Assembly (NCBI GenBank): GCA_013153145.1
Contig: JAADEY010000023.1
Span: 1 to 22,453 of the forward strand
Reading direction: 5' to 3'
Source of the DNA: Thermoproteota archaeon
Lineage (GTDB): Archaea; Thermoproteota; Thermoprotei_A; Sulfolobales; Pyrodictiaceae
DNA length: 22,453 nt
A program made the translations under genes and the position numbers. Positions within the stretch are counted from its first letter, which is position 1; every line of letters begins with the position of its first letter. Below are positions 1 through 7,038 of this stretch, one piece after another. The notes under the pieces are model-generated. The model worked only from the letters and a program-made list of their open reading frames with translations. It was not told the origin of the DNA and ran no database searches.

Positions 1-1018
1 CCTCCAGGTACTTCCTCACTATCGCCTCGCCGAGGGGGGTTAGTATCGTGTAGCCTCCACCCCTGCCTCCCCTATGGCCCTCCAGGAGCTTACCCCCTAT
101 CCTCTCCTCGAGCTTCTTGATCGTCGAGGCTATGTATGAGGGTTTTAGGCCGAGGGTCCTGCAGGCCGCCCTGAGGCTGTGCAGCATCGACACCGCGACG
201 AGGACTTCGAGTATCTGCTCCGGTATCCTCACTCCCCCGCACTCTATCTCCACCTTCACCCTTATCGATGGGAGTGCCCTCGGGGCCCCGTGCCTGCATG
301 GGGTGGAGGCGAGCTTGACGAGGTCTGCTATCTTCGCCTTCTCGAGGGGGAGGCCCTCCTCCCTCATGACTGATAGGGGGCACTTGTAGACCATGCAGCC
401 GTCTATGTAGAGTTTCCTGCAGTTGTAGGGGCATGGGGGCTCGAGGAGCGTCACCGCCCTCTCGCCGGCGTAGGCCCTCCTCGCCGTGTATCCGTAGAGG
501 AGGCCGAAGGGCAGCCCTACCCTGCTCAGCAGCTTCCTGGCCTCGGAGACTGTGCGTGTGTCGACGGGCGTGTATAGGCGGGGCGATATCCTGAGCCTCA
601 CTGGTATCGTGTCTAGTGGGAGCTGGGAGGCTATCTCCGCGCAGCGGCGGGCCTCCTCGAGGGAGGTGTAGTTGTAGAGCAGGGTGAGCTCCTCTACCCC
701 CTGCTCGTAGAGCATCCTTAGGGTTGTCAGCGCCTCCTGGAGGTTCGAGGATGGCGTCATCGATATCACTACCTCCGTGTTGGGGCCGCCGTATGTCTTC
801 ACGTAGCCGGCTATCCTCCTAACCGTCTGGGCGTCGGCGACGACCACCAGCTTCTTGCTGAGGTCGGCAGCCACCCTGAAAACGCCGGGGGTTAGGAGCT
901 CGGGGCGCCACTCGAGTATCAGCGTCTCCCTGGGGTATAGGGCGTCGAGAACCTCCTCTAGCCTCTCCTCCCCGAGCGGGGAGGTGAGGCTTAGTATCAG
1001 CGTGTCTAGGGACGACAT
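1..1018 (-). CDS. CorR-like transcriptional regulator, partial (C-terminus lies beyond window start): ~260-aa Cys-rich N-terminal domain followed by a ModE/LysR-type winged HTH
   Basis: Absent from the supplied ORF track because it runs off the window. I checked every minus-strand codon in the frame of ATG 1018-1016 down to position 2 and found no stop (339 codons). The ATG directly abuts the TGA (1021-1019) of the upstream V4R gene. Residues ~278-337 read 'MLHSLRAACRTLGLKPSYIASTIKKLEERIGGKLLEGHRGGRGGGYTILTPLGEAIVRKY', which matches the ModE N-terminal HTH signature as I recall it from E. coli ModE. A Cys motif C196-x3-C200-x7-C208-x4-C213 is encoded at 380-433. Confidence 0.75.
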   Translation of the reverse strand, partial: MSSLDTLILSLTSPLGEERLEEVLDALYPRETLILEWRPELLTPGVFRVAADLSKKLVVVADAQTVRRIAGYVKTYGGPNTEVVISMTPSSNLQEALTTLRMLYEQGVEELTLLYNYTSLEEARRCAEIASQLPLDTIPVRLRISPRLYTPVDTRTVSEARKLLSRVGLPFGLLYGYTARRAYAGERAVTLLEPPCPYNCRKLYIDGCMVYKCPLSVMREEGLPLEKAKIADLVKLASTPCRHGAPRALPSIRVKVEIECGGVRIPEQILEVLVAVSMLHSLRAACRTLGLKPSYIASTIKKLEERIGGKLLEGHRGGRGGGYTILTPLGEAIVRKYLE

Positions 1019-1609
1019 TCAGCCTGCCCTCACAACCACCATGAACTGGCAGTAGGGGTCTCCGCTCAGCCAGCAGTTCGTCTCCCTCACCGTCGGCGTC
1101 GCCTTCAACACGCTCTCAACAAGGTACTCTATGATGCCTGCCTCCCACTCACACATAGTACCCCCGATCTCCATGCCCGGGCCGAGGCCGCTGCAGGAGA
1201 GGCAGTCGTAGACGCGGAAGATGCACCTACCCCTCCTGCAGCCGAGGAAGTCGAAGAGCCCGATCCCCCTCCTCGCGAGCTCCAGGCCGGCCTCCATGAA
1301 GTCGTCGACCCTCCCGAGAACCCTCTCCGCGTACCGGTAGCCGGCCCTCCTCACGAGCATCCTGCCGAGGACGGGGTCGGCCATGTAGAGGGTCACGAGG
1401 AGCCTGCGGTGGGCCCCGGTGACCGCCTTGTCGCTCGCCCCGTGGACCCTCTGCGCGAAGAATGAGCGTGGCTTTAGGCCGCCGAGCCTCCTCGGGGTCT
1501 TCACCCTCCTCCACTTCTCTATCTCTGCCCTGAACTCGCCCCTCCCAACCCTGTATTCCACGTCGTCGATGACCCTTTCCAGTAGCCGTGTTTTCTCAGC
1601 TATCTGCAC
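1019..1609 (-). CDS. V4R (4-vinyl reductase) domain protein, CorQ-like putative sensor
   Basis: 196-aa ORF with a GTG start at 1609. The C-terminal half 'FDFLGCRRGRCIFRVYDCLSCSG...MCEWEAGIIEYLV...ETNCWLSGDPYCQFMVV' shows the Cys/Glu/Gly pattern typical of V4R domains. Its stop abuts the next gene's ATG, so the two form a bicistron. Confidence 0.8.
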   Translation of the reverse strand: MQIAEKTRLLERVIDDVEYRVGRGEFRAEIEKWRRVKTPRRLGGLKPRSFFAQRVHGASDKAVTGAHRRLLVTLYMADPVLGRMLVRRAGYRYAERVLGRVDDFMEAGLELARRGIGLFDFLGCRRGRCIFRVYDCLSCSGLGPGMEIGGTMCEWEAGIIEYLVESVLKATPTVRETNCWLSGDPYCQFMVVVRAG

Positions 1610-1786
1610 GCCCCATACCCCACAATATCTATACGTTGCTCTACTTGGAGATAAAGCTTACCATGGGTGCGGCTTTCCGCATAGAGCTTCGCAATAATCC
1701 ACGGTGATGTGGGCCGTATACGTGGCGGGGGTAACTCGACCCGATTATTAGTATTCAATGATGGGTTCCAATACACGGTGTGACTA
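1610..1786. promoter_or_regulatory. Divergent promoter/operator spacer between the V4R-regulator operon and cooF
   Basis: 177-bp non-coding stretch, locally AT-richer. TATA-like 'ATTATTAGTATT' at 1744-1755 lies 32-43 nt upstream of the cooF GTG (1787). TATA-like 'ATATCTATA' (1625-1633) and 'ATAAAG' (1651-1656) could serve the minus-strand operon. A short inverted repeat GTATT-N14-AATAC (1751-1774) sits between the TATA and the cooF start; its 5-bp arms are weak evidence. Confidence 0.4.
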
Positions 1787-2341
1787 GTGGCCCCAGCGAC
1801 ACGGGCACAGTACATCATCTACATCGACTACGAGAGATGCACCGGCTGCAGGAGCTGCGAGATAGCATGCGCCGTCGCCCACTCAGCAACCAAGAGCATC
1901 TACACTGCCCCGAGGGAGAAGCCGAGGCCCAAGCCGAGGATAAGGGTGTTCAGGGTAGGCGAGCTCAACGTCCCGATGAGGTGCCTCCACTGCGCCAACG
2001 CCCCCTGCGTCAGGGTGTGCCCGACCGGGGCTATGCATTACACCGATGAGGGCTTCGTGGTCGTCGACGAGGCTAAGTGCATTGGCTGCGGCCTATGCAC
2101 CCTCGTCTGCCCGATAGGCCACCCATACGTCGACCCAGAGACAGGGAAGGCCGTGAAGTGCACCTTCTGCTACAAGCGTATACGTGAAGGCAAGCTCCCC
2201 GCCTGCGTCGAGGCCTGCCCCGTCGACGCACTGATCTTCGGCAAGACCAGCGAGGTGCTGGAGGAGGTTAGGGCGAGGAAGGCCTCAGTCCTGGCCCAGG
2301 CCTACCTGCTGGGGAGGGACATCCTCCCCAGCCCAGCCTAG
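1787..2341 (+). CDS. cooF: CooF-type iron-sulfur electron-transfer protein (4x[4Fe-4S], HycB/CooF family)
   Basis: Four cluster motifs are present: 'CTGCRSCEIAC', 'CLHCANAPCVRVCP', 'CIGCGLCTLVCP' and 'CTFC...ACVEACP'. The gene ends 22 nt before cooS. GTG start. Confidence 0.9.
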   Translation: MAPATRAQYIIYIDYERCTGCRSCEIACAVAHSATKSIYTAPREKPRPKPRIRVFRVGELNVPMRCLHCANAPCVRVCPTGAMHYTDEGFVVVDEAKCIGCGLCTLVCPIGHPYVDPETGKAVKCTFCYKRIREGKLPACVEACPVDALIFGKTSEVLEEVRARKASVLAQAYLLGRDILPSPA

Positions 2342-2363
2342 CCCATGCATACCCGTGTGAGGG

Positions 2364-4274
2364 GTGGTCTCCGTGAAGTCCCCCAGGTCTCTCCGTATAA
2401 AGCCGGAGGATGTGACCACCGTTAAGGGGCTTGACAAGCTTATCTACAAGGCTGAGGAGGAGGGTGTCGAGCTAGCCTGGCACAGGTTCATGAAGCAGCA
2501 GCCGCAGTGTGGCTTCGGCCTCCTAGGGATCTGTTGTAGGAACTGTGCTATGGGCCCATGTAGGATCAACCCGTTCGGTGGGGAGCCTAGCAGGGGTGTC
2601 TGCGGAGCTACCGCCGACACTATCGTGGCGAGGAACCTTATCAGGATGATAGCTGCTGGAGCGGCTGCCCACAGCGACCACGCCAGGGACATACTATACG
2701 TGTTCCGCGACGTGGCGTGGGGCAGGAACAAGGCCTACAAGATAACCGACCCGGAGAAGCTGAAGTGGCTCGCCGGGAAGCTCGGCATAAAGACCGTGGG
2801 CCGCAGCATAATGGATGTAGCCAAGGACGTGGCGGCGGTGCTCGAGAAGGAGTTCGGCAAGCAGGATGAGGAGCCCCTGGCGCTTGTGAAGGCGCTTGCG
2901 CCGAGGAAGAGGCTGGCTGTCTGGCTCAAGGCGGGGATATGCCCGAGGAACATTGACAGGGAGATTGTCGAGATAATGCACCGCACACACATGGGCGTCG
3001 ACGCTGACCCGGTGAGCCTCATAGCGCAGGGTGCTAGGGCTGCGCTGGCAGACGGCTGGAGCGGCTCGATGATGGCCACCCTGCTCAGCGACATACTCTT
3101 CGGCACCCCCAAGCCGGTTAAGGCTACAGCCAACCTCGGCGTATTGAAGGAGGACTACGTCAACATCATAGTCCACGGCCACAACCCACTGCTATCGATG
3201 AAGATAGTTGAGGCCGCCATGAGCAAGGAGATGCAGGAGCTGGCGAGGAAGTATGGTGCTAAGGGAGTGAACGTTGCAGGCATGTGCTGCACCGGAAACG
3301 AGGTCTTGATGAGGCTTGGCGTGCCGATAGCAGGCAGCATGCTGATGCAGGAGCTGGCGATAGTGACGGGCGCCGTGGAGGCGATAGTAGCGGACTACCA
3401 GTGTATAATGCCGGCACTCGTCACCGTCGCGCAGTGCTACCACACCAAGCTGATAACAACCGAGAAGAAGGCCAAGATACCCGGGGCGCTGCACATAGAG
3501 TTCGACCCCGCGAGGGCGGATGAGTGCGCGAGGGAGATAGTGAGGATAGCTATTGAGAACTACCAGAACAGGGTTCCGGAGAAGGTGTTCATACCTAAGG
3601 AGAAGGTGGAGCTCGTCGCGGGCTTCAGCGTCGAGGCAATACTATCAGCCCTAGGCGGGACCCTCAAGCCGCTCGCGGACGCGCTGAGGAGCGGCGTGAT
3701 AAAGGGAGTCGTCGGCATAGTGGGCTGCAACAACCCCAAGGTCAAGCACACCTACGGCCACGTCGAGCTAACCAAGGAGCTGATAAAGAGAGACATACTC
3801 GTCGTGGGCACCGGCTGCTGGGCCATAGCCGCAGCGCTCCACGGCCTACTAACACCCAAGGCGGCATCCATGGCCGGGCCAGGGCTGAGGAAGCTATGCG
3901 CCAAGCTCGGCATACCACCAGCACTCCACATGGGCAGCTGCGTGGACTGCAGCCGCATGCTACTACTCCTAGGCATGCTGGCCGACGAGCTCGGAGTAGA
4001 CATATCAGACCTGCCCGTGGCGGGCTCGGCGCCGGAGTGGATGAGCGAGAAGGCGGTGAGCATAGGCACCTACTTCGTGGCCAGCGGCGTGCTGGTGCAC
4101 CTTGGTGTGGTGCCGCCGGTGCTTGGAAGCGAGAAGGTCACCAAGATACTGACCGAGGACCTGGAGGCAATCGTTGGCGCGAGGTTCTACGTCGAGACAG
4201 ACCCGAAGAAGGCGGCGGAGTACATAGCGGAGTACATCGAGGAGAAGAGGAGGAGGCTCGGCTGGCCCGTCTAA
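2364..4274 (+). CDS. cooS: Ni,Fe carbon monoxide dehydrogenase catalytic subunit (anaerobic CODH)
   Basis: 636 aa. The N-terminal B/D-cluster region reads 'CGFGLLGICCRNCAMGPCRI'. All C-cluster ligand contexts are recognisable: 'IVHGHNP', 'AGMCCTGNE', 'DYQCIMP', 'GIVGCNNP', 'VGTGCWA', 'HMGSCVDCSR'. Confidence 0.95.
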   Translation: MVSVKSPRSLRIKPEDVTTVKGLDKLIYKAEEEGVELAWHRFMKQQPQCGFGLLGICCRNCAMGPCRINPFGGEPSRGVCGATADTIVARNLIRMIAAGAAAHSDHARDILYVFRDVAWGRNKAYKITDPEKLKWLAGKLGIKTVGRSIMDVAKDVAAVLEKEFGKQDEEPLALVKALAPRKRLAVWLKAGICPRNIDREIVEIMHRTHMGVDADPVSLIAQGARAALADGWSGSMMATLLSDILFGTPKPVKATANLGVLKEDYVNIIVHGHNPLLSMKIVEAAMSKEMQELARKYGAKGVNVAGMCCTGNEVLMRLGVPIAGSMLMQELAIVTGAVEAIVADYQCIMPALVTVAQCYHTKLITTEKKAKIPGALHIEFDPARADECAREIVRIAIENYQNRVPEKVFIPKEKVELVAGFSVEAILSALGGTLKPLADALRSGVIKGVVGIVGCNNPKVKHTYGHVELTKELIKRDILVVGTGCWAIAAALHGLLTPKAASMAGPGLRKLCAKLGIPPALHMGSCVDCSRMLLLLGMLADELGVDISDLPVAGSAPEWMSEKAVSIGTYFVASGVLVHLGVVPPVLGSEKVTKILTEDLEAIVGARFYVETDPKKAAEYIAEYIEEKRRRLGWPV

Positions 4275-4278
4275 GCCG

Positions 4279-4283
4279 TTTTT
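4279..4283 (+). terminator. Oligo-T tract (TTTTT) 5 nt after the cooS stop; possible partial archaeal terminator or pause site
   Basis: 'TAAGCCGTTTTTCCCC' follows cooS directly. Archaeal termination uses oligo-T runs. It is the only T5 run I noticed in the CO island. Confidence 0.25.
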
Positions 4284-4312
4284 CCCCTCCCCCACCCACT
4301 CCCCCGCCAGCC

Positions 4313-4334
4313 TGTACACGTGTTGATGTACACG
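4313..4334. repeat. Direct repeat TGTACACG-N6-TGTACACG in the cooS-cooC spacer, overlapping the 8-bp palindrome ACACGTGT (4316-4323)
   Basis: Read directly: 'ccTGTACACGtgttgaTGTACACGg'. Function unknown. Confidence 0.35.
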
Positions 4335-4417
4335 GTTCTTCTCCCGGTCTACGCGTCTACGTGGCTAGCTCTCCTTATCCAGGTGGATGCCTAGACGTAT
4401 CACCTGGGGCTGCCTGC

Positions 4418-5230
4418 TTGGCCAGGTCGTTCAAGATTATTGTCGCGGGGAAGGGCGGCGTAGGGAAGACCACTGTTAGTGCAGGGCTCGCGGTTCTGCT
4501 CGCCAGGAGGGGGTATAGGGTAGTTGCCCTCGATACGGACTCCGTGCCCAACCTTGCCCTCAGCCTCGGCGTCCCCTTGGAGGAGGCCTCCAGGATCACG
4601 CCCCTGGTGGAGAACGTCGAGCTTGTGGAGGAGAGGACCGGCGCTAGGCCTGGTGGCGGCTGGGGGCTCCTCTTCACGCTCACCCCGCGTGTCGACGATA
4701 TACTCGAGAAGTACGGCGTCACTACGAGGGATGGTGTTAGGCTTGTCGTTGTGGGTGGTATAACTAAGCCCGGGGAGGGCTGCCTATGCCCCTCGATAGC
4801 CCTTGCAAAGGCGTTCATAGCACACGTGTTCGCCAACGAGGAGGCCGTGGTGATAGTCGACTCGGAGGCCGGGGCCGAGGTCTTCGGTAGGGGGCTGGCG
4901 GAGTACTTCGACCTAATGATAGCCGTGGCCGAGCCCACGGTGAGGAGCCTCTCGATAGCGAGGAGGCTCATAGAGCTCGCCAGGGGGCTTGACGTTAAAC
5001 GCTTCGCGGTCGTGATAAACAAGGTTAGGGATGAGCTTGCAGCCAAGAAGCTCTACGAGAGGGTTATGAGGGGGCTGGACTACCCGGTCTTCACAATCCC
5101 CTACGACCCTGTACTTGAGGAGTACGAGTCGCGGGGCTTGAGCGTTGCAGATCTCCCGGATGACTCGGAGCTGTTTTTAGCATTGACGAGCCTCGTCTCC
5201 TACATAGAGTCCCTGATCAAGGGGGGTTAG
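4418..5230 (+). CDS. cooC: CooC-type Ni-insertion ATPase (CODH maturation, MinD/Mrp family)
   Basis: P-loop 'AGKGGVGKTT' is near the N-terminus and the CooC metal-binding CxC motif 'GEGCLCP' is present. The 444-aa track ORF (3896-5230) overlaps cooS and is an artefact. Plausible starts are TTG 4418 (gives MARSFKIIVAGKGG) or GTG 4361. Confidence 0.88.
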   Translation: MARSFKIIVAGKGGVGKTTVSAGLAVLLARRGYRVVALDTDSVPNLALSLGVPLEEASRITPLVENVELVEERTGARPGGGWGLLFTLTPRVDDILEKYGVTTRDGVRLVVVGGITKPGEGCLCPSIALAKAFIAHVFANEEAVVIVDSEAGAEVFGRGLAEYFDLMIAVAEPTVRSLSIARRLIELARGLDVKRFAVVINKVRDELAAKKLYERVMRGLDYPVFTIPYDPVLEEYESRGLSVADLPDDSELFLALTSLVSYIESLIKGG

Positions 5231-5237
5231 AGGAGGC

Positions 5238-5435
5238 ATGTGCGAGTCAAAGATCGTGGTGAGGCTGGACGGGGAGGAGAAGGTGTTGGCTGACGAGATA
5301 GCAGCGCTGGACCCGGCGGCCATGAAGGCGTACAGGGTTGACGGCAGCACGGTGGACCTGGCCGGCTACAGGATCGAGATGATAGACTTCCTCCGCCACC
5401 GCGTCTACGTAAAGCCCGTGGAGAAGGAGGCCTAG
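5238..5435 (+). CDS. cooT: Small CooT-like putative nickel chaperone
   Basis: 65 aa starting 'MCESKIVV...', that is Cys at position 2 followed by a beta-rich sequence. It sits immediately after cooC, matching the R. rubrum cooFSCTJ order. An SD-like GAGGAGG lies upstream of the ATG. The assignment rests on size, Cys2 and synteny only. Confidence 0.55.
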   Translation: MCESKIVVRLDGEEKVLADEIAALDPAAMKAYRVDGSTVDLAGYRIEMIDFLRHRVYVKPVEKEA

Positions 5436-5439
5436 AGCA

Positions 5440-7035
5440 ATGAGGGATCCCCCGCCGGGGGAGACGCTGGCCGCCCTCCTAAGGCTCGCCGGCCTCAGGG
5501 ACTGCAGGGAGGAGGGGGGCGGCGTAGTCTACTGTAGGGCCGGGGCGGGGGAGGGTATTAGGGCCGCTGCGAGGCTCCACGAGGATAGCGGCTGTAGGCT
5601 CACCACCTGCCTGGCCTACGACTATAGGCTTGTTGACGGCTCGTTCCACGTCGTATACGTCTTCGACTGCCCCAGGCTCGGCAGGTACATAGACATCGAT
5701 ATAGCTGTCAGCGACTCCTCCATAGACTCCCTGGCCGCCGTCCTGGAGACCATGCAGTGCAAGTGGTGCGAGTGGGAGATCAGGGACCTCTACGGCATAG
5801 GGTTCCGCGGCCACCCCGGCAGGGGCAGACTTGTGCTCCCGGACTCCTGGCCCGAGGACTACCATCCCCTCCGCAAGGATGCTCCCAGCAGGCCTCCGAG
5901 GCTGGAGAGGCCGGCGAGGAGGAGGGCTAGGGGGCCCGGGCTCCCGCTCGGCCCCTACCACCCAGCCCTCCACGAGCCGGAGTACTTCGAGCTGGAGGTT
6001 GAGGGTGAGCGGGTTAAGGGGGTTAGGTATAGGGGGTTCTTCGTCTACCGTGGGATAGAGAAGCTCGCGGAGGACAGGTTTAGGGCTGAGCAGGTCCCCT
6101 TCCTCGCTGAGAGGATCTGCGGCATATGCGGCTTCGTCCACTCAACGACATACTGCATGGCGTTTGAGAGGGCTGTGGGGATCGAGGTCCCGGAGAGGGC
6201 GAAGTATCTGCGCAGCATGCTGCTCGAGATTGAGAGGATACACAGCCACCTCCTCTGCACCGCCGTGATGCTCCACGCCGCCGGCTATGATACGGGGTTC
6301 ATGCAGCTAATGGCTGTAAGGGAGGAGGTTATGAGTGTGGCTGAGGAGCTGACGGGTAACAGGAAGACGTACTCGGCAAACACCCCCGGCGGGGTGAGGA
6401 TAGACCCCGACGACTCCCTTGTCAGGGAGGCCGTGGAGAGGGTTTCTAGGGCTGCCGAGAAGGCGGTCAAGCTGGCCAGGAGCTTCCTGGAGGTCTCGGA
6501 GGTCTATACGAGGCTTGAAGGAGTTGGGGTGCTGGGGAGGAGGGATGCGTGGAGGCATGGGGCCCTAGGCCCCGTCGCGAGGGCCTCGGGGATAGATGTT
6601 GATGTTAGGAGGGATCACCCCTACGCCGCCTACGGGAGCCTGGAGTTCGAGGTGCCGGTGCGCGATGAGGGTGACTGTCTTGCAAGATACCTGCTCCGCC
6701 TCGACGAGGTTCTCGAGTCGGCGTCCATACTGAGGCAGATAGCGAGGAGCATCCCGCGGGGCCCCGTCGTGAACAGGGACTATGACTACGCCGAGCTCCG
6801 TGTAGGGCAGGCCGCCTCCGAGGCGCCGAGGGGGGAGTGCATCCACTACGTCATCACGGGTGTCTCGGGGAGGCTGTGGAGGTGGAAGGTTAGGGCGCCG
6901 AGCTACAACAACATCCCCCTCCTCGAGCTCATGCTTAAAGGCTACCTGGTCGCCGACGCCCCCGTGATAATATCGAGCATAGACCCCTGCTTCTCCTGCA
7001 CCGACCGCCTCATACGCGTGAAGAGGGTGGGGTGA
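5440..7035 (+). CDS. Group-4 [NiFe]-hydrogenase large subunit, HycE-type fusion of a NuoC-like (CooU) and a NuoD-like (CooH/EchE) domain
   Basis: The N-terminal ~150 aa carry the NuoC signature 'WCEWEIRDLYGIGFRGHP...LVLPDSWPEDYHPLRKD'. The NuoD-like part carries Ni-Fe ligand motifs L1 'RICGICGFVHS' and L2 'DPCFSCTDR'. Only 8 residues follow L2, so there is no long C-terminal maturation peptide. Confidence 0.9.
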   Translation: MRDPPPGETLAALLRLAGLRDCREEGGGVVYCRAGAGEGIRAAARLHEDSGCRLTTCLAYDYRLVDGSFHVVYVFDCPRLGRYIDIDIAVSDSSIDSLAAVLETMQCKWCEWEIRDLYGIGFRGHPGRGRLVLPDSWPEDYHPLRKDAPSRPPRLERPARRRARGPGLPLGPYHPALHEPEYFELEVEGERVKGVRYRGFFVYRGIEKLAEDRFRAEQVPFLAERICGICGFVHSTTYCMAFERAVGIEVPERAKYLRSMLLEIERIHSHLLCTAVMLHAAGYDTGFMQLMAVREEVMSVAEELTGNRKTYSANTPGGVRIDPDDSLVREAVERVSRAAEKAVKLARSFLEVSEVYTRLEGVGVLGRRDAWRHGALGPVARASGIDVDVRRDHPYAAYGSLEFEVPVRDEGDCLARYLLRLDEVLESASILRQIARSIPRGPVVNRDYDYAELRVGQAASEAPRGECIHYVITGVSGRLWRWKVRAPSYNNIPLLELMLKGYLVADAPVIISSIDPCFSCTDRLIRVKRVG

Positions 7036-7038
7036 GCG

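Noticed and set aside
90-434. Track ORFs 90-434 (-), 117-389 (+) and 179-373 (+) near the window start
   Set aside because: They lie inside the long open minus-strand frame (1-1018) that carries the ModE-like HTH. Their own translations are low-complexity.
1717-1727. 11-mer TATACGTGGCG shared between the cooF upstream spacer and ndk (13404-13414), and similarity of TGTACACG (4313) to TGTATACG (13597) repeats
   Set aside because: My rough estimate is that a 22-kb window should contain tens of chance 11-mer matches. One copy is inside a coding region. There is no supporting context for a shared regulator.
3896-4417. N-terminal 174 codons of the 444-aa track ORF that would make cooC overlap cooS
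   Set aside because: This part is Arg/Gly/Pro-rich out-of-frame translation of cooS. CooC homology (the P-loop) starts only at ~4430, and TTG 4418 or GTG 4361 are adequate starts.
4375-6141. Antisense ORFs 4375-5046 (223 aa) and 5479-6141 (220 aa) opposite cooC and the hydrogenase large subunit
   Set aside because: Both are fully nested opposite genes with strong family signatures. Their products are Ser/Pro/Ala-rich low-complexity sequence. They are judged frame artefacts.
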